This document shows, piece after piece, positions 25,372-37,923 of a stretch of DNA of 59,387 bases. The DNA lies in NCBI GenBank assembly GCA_905331295.1, contig CAJNYD010000201.1, positions 62,001 through 121,387 on the forward strand, given 5' to 3'. Positions within the stretch are counted from its first letter, which is position 1, and each line of letters begins with the position of its first letter. The DNA comes from Rotaria socialis (Eukaryota). The notes under the pieces were generated by a model. The model was not told where the DNA came from, made no database searches, and saw nothing but the letters and a program-made list of their open reading frames with translations. The position numbers were made by a program, and so were the translations under genes.

Positions 25372-28264
25372 GAACTGCAAAATTAAGCATAGAATACGGT
25401 CACTGTCTTCAAAAAAAAAGACTATTGAACACTTTCAATGAATGAATGCTCTACAAAAAGTTCTTCACTTTGTTTTCAGCTCATATTAAGTCTATAAGCA
25501 TTTTTGACTGAGACTAGTACTTTTTTTTATGCAACCTTCGATCCAGTTTCGGATATATTTGGAAAATCTTAGATTAGAGCTTTGTTGCGAACTTTTACTC
25601 ATTGATAGAACAAATAATCAATGCAATATCCTTAACTTTTTCAATCAAAAATGATAGTATATTTCGTCACGATATTGAACGTTTAAAAACTAATTATTTG
25701 CCAGAAAGCAATGAGAAAAAAAAGAGTTTACTTGCATATTTATTATATTAATGTCATAGAAAAAATCGATGGCTTGGTTTTTTTGTGAAATATCGTTATT
25801 TTACTTATTTTATAAGATTTCACGAAATATTTCAAAATATAGATTATGAAACAACTGTTTGTTCCCCTGTGAACGATTCATAGGAGTTACTAGAAATCAT
25901 CCGTTGGGTAATTCTTTATTGTTTATCGATTCTCGCAATTTCATGTGTGAACGTTTTGTTTAGAATAAATCTAGATTAAATCAAAAATTGTATTGCGTGA
26001 CATAATTTTTTTTAATTTAGCGTTCAGGTATGATTTTTTTCTTTTGCAAACTTCCAATTTATGTTATACTAGTCTGTTTAGAATTCAGTATATCTCAGGA
26101 CTATTTAACTTACGTAATCAATCTGTATTGACTGCCGTCACTCGCATTCAGTGATTTCACACGAAGGATAAATTTCTACAGTGACATTCAATTTTCGCCC
26201 TGTCTTTTCTCGATAGTTGTTCACTGTCTAATGCCATTTTCTCAAAGAAAAGTAACAACTCAAGTACATAGAGAAAGAAAAGAAAAAAATCTCTGAGGCA
26301 AAATTCATTTTCTTTAATTGTCTTAGCACAAGGAATAGTAACTGTCGTATAACTTTGGTAAGTTTTGACTTTGTAATAATAATTAATAACATAACAGTTG
26401 TCTATAATAAAAAAAAGTATATCCCTCTAATAAACACTGCCATCGTTTTTATGGCTTTTGAAGATTTTTCTTTTTTCTGGAACGTTAAGACAAATCATAT
26501 TTGTTTCAACGTAAATAGTTTCAAGATCTAACTTCATGATTATGCAATCATCGTTTATCAGTGTTATTTTTGGATAATTATAGAAAGATTTGTTTTTTTT
26601 TGCTATTTTCTATTGTCCAATAGAAATAATTAATGGCGACAAAAGAGAATATTTACGATAGTAAGTTTCATCAGTTTTTTTTTCTTACTCATAAGATAAT
26701 ACTCGATTATATAAGTTTCAATACGATGATAGATATTTCGAAAATAAATCAAGAATATTCATTCTTATTACCGACTGAAATCCGATCACAAATATTACTT
26801 CTGAAAAAGAATAATCGGTATTCTCTAGGAACAGCTTTCCTCTATTCTTGTTTTCTGCTTCGACAGGACTTTCAAATTTCCTTTTCTTTTTTTTCTATTT
26901 AACAAAATTTACTATTACCAGACACTAGATTCTATTCGTATCGCGATTTCTCCAGTGTGAGATGGCTCTAAGTATGTTTTAACAAAAACAAAATCGTCGA
27001 TTATTAATGCGGTAAAATTGATTGATGTTAACCAAATTCATTTTTTCATTAATTGAAGTTTAAAAGAAAAATTAGGAAAAGGCTGGCATACCAACAATAT
27101 CGATAGAAAAATAATAATCTTTTCGACGGTTGTAATAGTTTGATTTCTTTTTAATATAAAAAGAATTGTATGTTGTTTTTTCGAACTAAAAATTAATGTA
27201 AAATTCGGACTAATGTTGGGAAAACGTTTTGATTGTCGATAATATTTATTTGGTAACAGGTAGCACTTCCAGATGAGTATTGCATGATCAGAATGCATCG
27301 CAAGACACAGCCAAGAATATCATGTCTAGATTCTAGAGTATAAATTTCGACAAATTTCATTTACACAAAAATCTAAAGGACTAACGTTACTTTTCTTTCT
27401 ATTTCACATTTTTACCAAACTAATATTTGAACAGAAAGAAAATTAAAAATAAATAATTTTCTCACGTAGAATAATAGTAAAAAATAAAATACTTCTACAA
27501 TGATGAAAGGGTTGCCATAGAAAACGGAATTCATGATCACGTTAAACTCAAAGTTTGAAAAAGTGAAGTCGTGACTTGAACAATCGTATGAATCGAAGCA
27601 ATCAAGTTATAATGGTATTTTTTAGCATTACTGCATACTGAGAATTTCTTGTAATAAAGAGAATGTAAAATGTTGAACTTTATGGGCCTATATCATCGTT
27701 CAATCGAAAAGAAAGTTCAGGTCGATGTAATATTCAACAATTAAGCAATGAATTACAACATTTTTTTAAAGACTTCCAGATGGATTATTGTTGACAAAAA
27801 AATATTTATTAATTATAAATAGGTACTTTATCGAAATATTTATATTTATGTAAAGACAATCGAAACGACTTTTTCGTCGGTCTACTTTGTTGCTATCGTT
27901 TTCTTTCGCAAAGTCTTCACGAGAATTTTCATTCTTGACTTTCTCACGGCCAGGATCACAAAACATGAGTATTTAGAGCATTATTAACTACTAGATTTCT
28001 ATATTACATTTCTCTATAATTGGAAGGAAACTGGTGAACTGATATAATCTGAAATGTTACTCATGATTTTTTTCCAAACCAACTAGAGTTATAATACACT
28101 CTGGAGAGTACTACTATCTATTCAATTCATAATAATAATTGACTTATCATGAAGATTAGTTGACAAGTTTTAAAACTAGGTGGCATATTTGTCGCACTAC
28201 TATTTAAGTTATCCCTTTTATCTAGACTATGTAATATGCAATCACAATCTATTTAGACACATCA

Positions 28265-31200
28265 ATGGCTAATTGGACAGTCGATCAAGTTGGAAACTGG
28301 CTAAGAACCAATAATTTAGAGAGATATATCGAAAACTTCAAAAGTAAGAAATACTCTCATTGATTTCTTGGTCATGATTTAGTTATACATATGTACAATA
28401 GATGAAGATATCGATGGTATTGCTCTGATCGGTTTAAATGAAAATGATATTTTAAAATTATTATCTACAATCGATGAAGATGGAACAATAAAGAACTCTA
28501 CAATGAGAACACAGCGTAAATTTAAGGCAGCATTAGAACAGTATAGAAAGTTTGTAACACAGGAGAGAAAGAAACTTGGGAGAAGACGGTAATTCTAATC
28601 GTCATTTCTTGTCGTGAAATTTTCTTTCTTTTTTAGTTCAATAGAAAATAAAGAGCTTGATGCAAGTATACACGATGGTACAAAAAAGTAAATAAGAAAA
28701 GAAAAAGGAATATTCGGTAATTCTCTAAAAATCTTTGATTTTTATTACTCAGTGTATTGATGAAACCTTCAAGAAATATATTTCATACAATCGATAATGT
28801 AGGAACATACTCAAGATTATATACTGTTGAACCAATGAATATTAGTATGAAATTCTTCACCAGTGAATCAATTAGTTCATACTTAACAAAATATTATCTA
28901 AAAAAGTATAACGTTAGATGTTATATACCAATGCAACATCAATTTCATACACAAGTTTCACTATCCATTAAATTATCGGGAATCAAAGAGAATGTCAAAA
29001 GTGTTCACCATGATCTGCAATCATTATTTGAAACAATTAAAACAAAAATTTTCAATGATGAAGATAAAGATAAAAAAAGTAAAAGAAAAACGGAAATTAT
29101 TTTCATCACTATTTGTCTCTGGCTTGCGAAAATAAATTTTCATTTGTTTTTAGTTGTGCGGTGGTCTCGATATATCTATTCAGATTCTATTCTTACAGTT
29201 TTACAAAAAATCTTTGTCGATAAGAAAAAATTAACAGTCTGGGAAAAAACAAGTATATTATCCGGATTCTACATCGTTCATTATACTAGTGGCCAACATA
29301 TGTTTAGTGTTTCAGAAGAATTTATTAATCAAACACTTAATAATGAGATATCTTATGTTAAAGATATTGTTATAGAGAATATGGAAAGTATTCAACCGAA
29401 ATTTCGAAAAGAATTAAAAGAATTAATTAATGAAAAAAAACAACATCAACTACAAAATCCAACAATGTCTATTATTTATTGTCAATATCCTTCTCAAACG
29501 GATATGAAAATAAGCTTTTTTGGATTAAGAAATCATGTTGACCTTGCTAAAAAGCAGATTAAACTGTTGATTAACAAACATCGAATGAGAACAATATGGA
29601 TTGGACTTGATTCAAAACAAGTATGAAAAAGATTAGTTAGCCCGTTACTTAAAGGTTTCTTATACATATTTCGATATTCTAGATAAGGTAGTTATATTTT
29701 TAAAGTTAACCAACTGATTCTGTTCGAATTTTTTCGATTTCCAAATAATATACAACTGATATATTTGAAATTTGCGCCACAATTAGAGCATCTCAAATGT
29801 GTAATGAATGACTCGGAAAAAAAACGTTTTTTGTACAAATTTTCTGGCATTTTCTCGTAGAATCCGTAACTACATGTTAAACTACATCAGATAAACCCCA
29901 AGGAAATAGTTCCTGTTTCTAGTTGTGTTTGATGGTATTTGAAATGTTTTTGAAAATGCCTCGAACTTTGTTTCAAACGTCTTGTTTGCTTTTCTTTCAT
30001 AAGACAAATCTAAAATCAGCATATTAGCATCCATCATTTCATCAATTTAGATACAAAATTTACATAAACGAAAACTATCAATAGCATCGTTAAAAAGTAT
30101 TCCTAAATATCTATGATTGCAAGTTTACCGGATTGGATTATATTCTCAATGAGCAGAAAGTCGAGTAATTTAATAATATTCGTCTGACTATTGATACGAT
30201 TGAAATCAAAATTTTTACATAAAATATTTCGATTCAATGATAGAACAGTTTTATTTCTTGATTATTTTCTCATCAGATGATCACATAATTACCAACCATA
30301 GTTCGCAAATTGAAGATAAGATTTGTGTATATGATTCAAATCAAAATAGCTTCAGTATTTTTTCATTTTTAATATGAATTTGAAACTCATTAACGTTATC
30401 ATTAGAGATACTGATGGTCACTGCCCTTTGGCCAAATGTTTTTAAAATAAGATCCGACAAAGAATGTTCTAAGAGGTCACGATTTTCTGCCATTTGATGC
30501 GACGCTTTGAAATGAAATTTTTCTTGTGAAATATAAACATCGCAAGAATTACTCCCACTAAAACTTTGTACATAAAAAATAATGTTTTCTAACAGACGCA
30601 ACTACATCATCTATTGATTTCGATTCTGTGTTTGACCAATGATTTCATCTTTACTTTATTCATCCGATCGATTGATCGTTAGCAACAAGCTTAGATTTTA
30701 CAGATAAGGTTGTGAGCATATTCTATTGAAGATAATTCTTACACTATTCAGAATTTTTCATTTACTTTGAAAAATATTTTCAGAAATTTGAAGAGAATTC
30801 TCAACAAATCTGTTAGATATAAAAATTGTTTTAATTATACATCAACTAATCTTTGGGTTTTAGCGTGACTTACTAGTAGATAACTATATGCATGAATTAA
30901 AAAATGTAGAATTCAATTATAAAGATGATAATCTTAAAATTAATATTCGTGAAAATATAATTACTGCTCCACAATATTTAATTATGAAAATAAAACAATT
31001 AGTTCAATCAATGATTTCTCCAACAATTACTCTGATTTATCGACACATTAAAAATTCTTGTACATTTACAGAAAAAGATCATTCGAAATTAAAAAATCTT
31101 GCTGAAAGTTATTTTTGTGAAATTGATAAAATCAATATAGAAACAAAGAAAGAACTTCTATTATTACCTAAAGGACAGGCAAAATCAACGTCAAAATTTA

Positions 31201-34200
31201 TTATTAAAGAATCAAGCCAATTCTATTCTTCCTTGTCAATATGGAGAAAACTCGCTGTATCAAATCATACAATAGAGATTCATAAATCATATTATTTTAA
31301 AGTTAAGTGAATAAATCAATTATTTTTATTTTATTATTATTTTACGATTTTCTAGGTTGATGTTACAATTATATCAACCGTAGTAGACGCCATTAAAGAA
31401 AAAATTGACCCAAAATATGGAAATGGTTATTTTGAATCTGATACTGGTAAAAGAGTTTTATTTATTGATTGGTCACCATGCATTTTACAAAAAGACAATC
31501 ATCAGATAAATGAATCAATAAAAAATTTCATTTCTACATCAATTCAACAAATAGATAGACTCTGTACAAATGTTGTCGAAACAATTGGATTCGCAACAAC
31601 AGATTGGGAAAACTATAACAATAGAAAACAATTAATAGAAAATATTCTGCATGAAATGATAAAGCAACTTTCAATTCGCGACTTTTCTAATCTTTCATGG
31701 AAAATAGTATTTCTATTTAATGATGAACAAAATGATCTTTTTAATGAATTTTCACAAGCTATTTTAGCATTACAAACAGATAGAGATAATTATGAACAAT
31801 TTTTTTATCCAATATCAAGTACGTCACAATTGAAATTAAGAAAATAAAGTTAAAGGAAATATAGCGTATAAAACAAAGATCTGATCTCACCGTAGATATT
31901 TTGTTCTAACATTAAAATAAAACTTAATCAAATGTCAAAAGAAAACATTAAAAAGTATCATAGTTTCATTTCCTTGGCTCCTATTGAATATTGTGAACAG
32001 ATTTCGATGATGAAACTGACAAAAAATAACTTTTTTCAAACTTAAACATATTTCATATTAGCCACACAGTAATTATGCATCTCACTATGACATATGTCAT
32101 ACTCTATGAAGGAGAAGTGATGATATTAAGAAGTTTTTTTCGGTCTTTGATTGACACTTGCTTCATAATTAAGAGGATGTATTAAGTTTTCACATGTATT
32201 TTTCAACAGTATTCAGATTTCTTTTCTACTATTAGAAGCATTCGAGCGTAAATTCTCGTATGTATTTTAGCTAGTAACATATCTATGAAAATTAAAAACA
32301 ATACTAATGTAACTTAAAAAATCTTGTTTAGTCAGTCGAGAGTCATGTTCGTGCTGTCCTAAAAAGTTTCCCAGATCTCTTGAAGTCACATGTGCTTCGT
32401 AGAACGAAAAGAAAACACGAAGATGTTATTATGTAGGAAAAGAAAAGACATCTTTCTTATATCCCCAATAGGACAAAAAACGTATTGAGACAATCGATAA
32501 ATAACTAAGTGTGGATTCATTTTCATAACTCTCACATCAGATAAGGAGATTCGGGTTAAAACATGCGAGTTTCACATGCCAATCCGTAATAAATGTTCTC
32601 TGAGCATATTGTGAAAGAAATTAGAAAATATTAAAATAAAAGAATTCATCAGTAGTCGAATGCAGAAGCACAAATAAGTTTTAATTCAAATTATTCAATA
32701 TTCTCACCAACGTCAAATAAAAAACATCAAACTAGTAGCAGCGGATCACTAAGTAGATAAGGAAATAATTGAGCAAGATGGTGACGATATTCATTTAAAA
32801 ATTAAGATACTTGCACTGAAAATAGAAGACAGATGCGCGGTATATTTAGTGAAGGAATTGAGAAAAGTTGGGGCCTGTCACCTTTCTCAAAATTTTCCGA
32901 TTTCAAACGTCATATCTCATTGTTTTTCCTGTTGTCTCGAACCCCAACATCGAATACCTCAGTATTTTCGAGACAATTCTGATTGTTTTATGGAATGGAG
33001 CAAACAAGACTTGTCGGGAGTCGGAACCACCTTGCAGGGCTCTGTTAATATCAAATAAAATCAAACACTATTATGTTTAAGTTTGATATTACGGACTCTT
33101 CATTTCTTTAATGGATTTAACTTGAATTAAATTCAAATGAAAATGTTTAAGATCACTATAACACTCTATTTTAAACTAGAAACTGATTACTTAGCCATTG
33201 AACATAACAAACTTTCTTTTATATAGCAAACAACCATTGATTGGAACTTAAAAACCTATCTTACTTCGTTTTCTCTTATCTAATTTTAGCTGCTTCCATT
33301 ATATTAAAAACGTCAAGCAATTCAAATATTTCCAAGTGTAAAAGATCAATCAATGATTATATGAACAAACATGTACTTACAAAAATCAAATTGAACTATC
33401 CGTTCTATGCTGAGATATGGAATAAAGACATGATTAATTCATATTACAAATATTGCCTTGAAAATTTTGTTTTGCCACAGATTATTCAAATCGATTTACA
33501 AAACGATCAACAGCAATCTTTAGATCTAATAGGGCCAATTTGTGCTGTTAATCAAGCTGTACAAAAATATGAGTTGATGTCAGATATTGAACGGCAACGT
33601 ATATTAATTTATACTGAAATATCAGAATCGATCGAACAATGCCCTATAAATCCAACTTCAGTATTAAACACAACAACTGATTCTTCCAATATTTTATTAA
33701 GTTGTTGTTTTGCTGATAATATCCTGTCACGCCACCTTACCAATCGTTTGATTGAGGAAGGCTATCAAGTATCACTTGACTATTCTGATAAGACATCGTC
33801 AAGTATCGTCTCAAAAATCAAGAAAACAGATATAATTGTTGTTTGCTTTAGTTCTAATTATTCAGAAAATGCTAATTGTACGAAAGCACTACATGCAATA
33901 AAATCGTCCGAAAAGAAATATATACCGATTATGTTAACGCGAAGTTCATTGAATCAAGAAGAGAATTGGCTTCAAGTAATGAACACCGAAGAGTTATATT
34001 ATGAATCATTTAATGAAGAAATAAAATTCAAGTTAAACGAAGATTTAGCCTTAGACTACGATAAATTATTGATTGAATTAGTAAGTTTTCTTTTTGACGT
34101 ACAGAAGAATGAGTTTCAATCGATTCATTCGTCTACCGTTTATTATGACAGATTCACTTTCAAGAAAGCATTTAGTTAAAGTACAAACTATACATTAAAT

Positions 34201-37200
34201 GCAATATCTTATTTTATTTTTGCTAAATATTTGTTTTCAGGAACTATGGAATTATTTTTGCGTATTAAAAATTGTACTAAATTAATAGCCACGTTAACTA
34301 AAACTTTGTTGAGTTTTTGTAAAATCAAGAATATTTCAATTGATGTCGGCACTTCATCTGCTTTAACATTTGAGAATACATCGACAGTAAAAGGAAGTTT
34401 AGTATTTTGTTGAAAATCTCTTGATAGGAATTCTCTGAAAATTTGTATGCCCATTAAAATCATTCATTAGGTTGTCATAAAAGAAATCAGCTTCATAGCT
34501 TTGTAGATTGATGTACTCATCATTGTCAAATCGAGAAATGCAGCGAGATCTTTCCGAATCTTAACTTATCTCTTTTGAATCATCTAACACATACTAAATT
34601 TTCTATCAACAATCTATATATATATACATACATATATATATAATGTTCAGTGTGTGTCTGTGTCGGGTCAAAGGTTAAAGGTCAAAGATATTTAGAATTT
34701 TCTAGACCTTTCTGGAACCATATGAAGTCAAGTAGACTTCTAGAAAATTCCATGACTTTCTGGAATGTTCTAAAATATCCTAGAATTTTCTCTGAACTAC
34801 GACACAATCAAGTGAAACGATGAAGGTTAAACTGAGTCGTGTTATGTTACCAGAAAATTTTAGAAAGGCGTAAACTTTTACCGAATATCCTAGGATCACC
34901 TAAAATTATCCTATCCTGACTGCACGGACTCTATCGGCAATTAACAAAGAGAATGAACATGGAGATAATTGCGATTATTCATTAGACACTAACGAAGATT
35001 TCATGAGCAATATGATACTATGAAATGAAATATTCTTTACTTTATGCATGTATATTTATAATCAGACTCAAATATTATACTTTAAAAGAAGAGAACTGGA
35101 TTCTTTTTTGAAATCTAAGTTGGACCTGGAGGAAACTAAATTTACGAACCAAAACGTGGTAGAATTCGAGTTCAGTCTGATAGGCTCTATCGTGCATACT
35201 GCACGGGACCTCGCTAGTATTCATAAAATACTAAGTTCTCAATGTTCTCGAATTCTTCACATTTTCAAACGCTGCAGTAAACTAAAAAAGATTTTTATAT
35301 TCATAGCTACATTATGCAAAACCTTGTGCAGTTGGTGCAATTTACATAATATCTAATAAAAACATTTTAAACAATGAGGAGCAAAAAGAAAAACATGATC
35401 AGTCAAATATAGTCACAACAATTACGCCAGAACAAAGTCAAGAACAAGAACAAATTTATCAAAAACGTATTGAACAAATTTTAGAGCGAGATCAAATTTC
35501 ACCAGATGAAATAGCAAACTTAATGCATTGTTTAAACATGATTCTTGAAGATTGTGCAAACGGAAAATGTTCAACTTCGTTAAACGAACAAGAACTAGGA
35601 CAATCTATTAGAAAATCTAGACGCATAACAACGGAAAACGAAGAAAAAATGCAACTTTATCAGAATGATTTTGAACAGAAGCAAGACAATGATCAAAATA
35701 AGCATGAAGAAAGTGAGTAGCACTTGTTCGCACGAATAATTTGATGAAATCATATTTTCTGCCAAGTATTTACTATTTAGGAGTTTATTGAAATCTTGAA
35801 ACATATTAGAATCTATTGTATAATCCGATAGAAACAACTAAGCTTTCAAAATAAAGTCATTAAGAAAAAAAGAGAACAATAATGTGTACGGGCAATTTAT
35901 CATAGTAAGGAGATTTCCAAAATAGTTGTTTTCACTAATTTTACATCTAGACAGAATTAGAATGCCTGTAAAATTAGATGTTGCAATGAACTCAAGGACA
36001 AACTGCTTTTTAATGATACTATACGTCCAGCAAAATATTGAATTCTGAGCACTTCTTTATTGCTAATAAAACATTTCCTAGTAAAATTCTACATTCGACT
36101 TCATGCTGTTCAATTTTTAGAAGTCTACGAGACTAGACTATATTTAAATGATCAATTAGTCGCATTAGAAAATTTTCGCGTAGTAATGCGAGTTGTATTA
36201 GCATTTCAATGTCCAACATGATATTCATGCAAAAAATAACAAGAAGGAATTATACTTTGCCGTTTTGTTCATAGATAAACTTGATGATAACTGGAATGTT
36301 TTAAAAAACTCAACCAGAACAGATACTTCTGTTCAGAAATATTCATACATGAAATGAAAGGCAATGTTTTACTTGTGATTCTCAGAACTCTTAAGAAACA
36401 AGTATCTGTTCTGTTTAAAACTTTCAAAAACATTAAACAGATTAACACCAGAGCAAACCAATTTAGAAGAGGTTCTTTTAATGTTTTTCTTTTCAGGTGT
36501 GACAAAGAATGTTTCAACTTATTTCAGTGCTTTTCTATCAATTGTTCAACATTGGTTAGAAAAAGCATCAAATGGTTCTGTCACTAAAGGCAATTTACCA
36601 CCGTTTAGTTTAACTGGCGATTTTAATGATGCTATATTTCGAACATCTTCGAAAGACAAAACTCCATGGTGGGTAACAAGTGCGAGCCAATATGATTTTA
36701 ATTGTTCATCGCTTGAGTTTCCCTTAGTTTCACGGTTAATGACTAGTTCGTTTTGTGATGGCGATGAAGCACATAGTTATTTCCGGAATTTGATCAATAG
36801 AGACATTCAATTTCTAGAATATAAAGAAAAGCAACATCAAATGAAGTCTAAGCGAGAACAAAAAAATCAAAATAGTATATTTAGTAGTGGTCCACATCAG
36901 TCGCATTTCAACACAAACATTAAAAAAGGTACTATTGTCTGGGATATTATTGAAGATAAAGAATTTCTACAAGAATATGAAAAAAGAAAATCGGGAAAGC
37001 TAATAAGAAATCCAAATAGACTCTCGATTGGTTGGAACCGCTTGTTGGATCGATCAGTACAATTAGTAGCAGACATTAAAGATGGTAAAATTAACATGGC
37101 ATCGAACGAGGTACAAGGCAAAATTGGCAAAGCACTCAAAACAATGAAAGAAATCAGAAAACTTAATGTGTTAGATGATGTAAATAATGAACTTTGGAGA

Positions 37201-37299
37201 AAAAAACGTTTTCCTCTTTGGCGACAACAATTTATTGAAATGAAAATATCCAATACGATTCAATGGCAAGAATTCTGTGCAGCACAAGAAAATCAGTAA
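28265..37299 (+). CDS. SAM - KH-like repeats - degenerate Macro - pseudo-TIR multidomain protein, copy B. Predicted exons 28265-28343, 28402-28588, 28637-28687, 28753-29078, 29154-29620, 30864-31301, 31356-31818, 33290-34080, 35307-35712, 36497-37299
   Basis: SAM: MANWTVDQVGNWLRTNNLERYIENFKNEDIDGIALIGLNENDILKL. Blocks shared with copy A include KINIREN..APQYL, RVLFIDWS, TIGFA, WNKDMINSYYKYC and PPFSLTGDFNDAIF. TIR: ILLSCCFADNILSRHLTNRLIEEGYQVSLD..IVVCFSSNYSENANCTKAL..YIPIML..WL. All junctions are GT-AG with consistent phases. Confidence 0.82.
34613..35217 (+). mobile_element. Non-autonomous Helitron in an intron of TIR gene B
   Basis: 5' A|TC followed by a (TA)n tract; internal TTCTAGA/TTCTGGA repeats; subterminal hairpin CGTGCA-TAC-TGCACG (35191-35205); and a 3' CTAG|T end. 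It is inserted between A and T with no TSD. Confidence 0.8.
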
Positions 37300-37923
37300 C
37301 GATGAATATCAAAATAAAAATCAACTAAGAAAAATTTTCATTGATTTTTATCCAAATTACACAATATATGAATAAATGAATTGAAATTTGGTTGACTTAC
37401 TTTTTGTCTTATAAAATCTATTATATCGTTAATAACACCAGATTAATGTCCTATACCAATTTCTATCGGTTGCATTTCTATACTGAAAATCTAATTCGAA
37501 TAATTCTAACCAATCATAAATTTGGATTTCTGTGAAATAAGAACTTTTCTTTAAACCGAGATTATTTCATCTATCTATATAAAATACGACGAAAATGATG
37601 ATTTCTGTGTATTTTGATGAAAAGAAAAGAGAATGAAACACGAGATGTACAGTACATTTTCAAGATCTATTTATTTCTTTATGAAATTCATTCGATGAGA
37701 TTTATAACTTATTGAATCGTGAAATGATTAGAAAATGCACTTTTCACTTAGACTAGTTATCAATTTCATCTTGTAATAGTTTGTTTATTTTGTTTTTCAC
37801 TCGATCACGTATGCTGTTATTTAATAGACTTGATTCATCTTCATTGAAACATTCATATACTTCAAGATTTTTCACTGTCTTCTTTTAGATATAAAAATTC
37901 TAAACAATTTACATATATATTTA

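Noticed and set aside
32150..33100. Transposon remnants in a long intron of TIR gene B (also 29630-30850)
   Set aside because: They look repeat-derived, but I could not define termini or a transposase motif.
34690..34910. CRISPR-like array from recurring TTCTAGA motifs
   Set aside because: The units are short, irregular and degenerate, with no spacer structure or cas genes, and they lie inside a Helitron.
35048..35356. 102-aa ORF as a Helitron-captured gene
   Set aside because: It spans the Helitron end and an exon in the wrong frame, with no protein motif.
36897..37253. Antisense ORFs (also 5212-5454, 6408-6689, 46450-46812, 52087-52353)
   Set aside because: They are shadows of real exons on the opposite strand.
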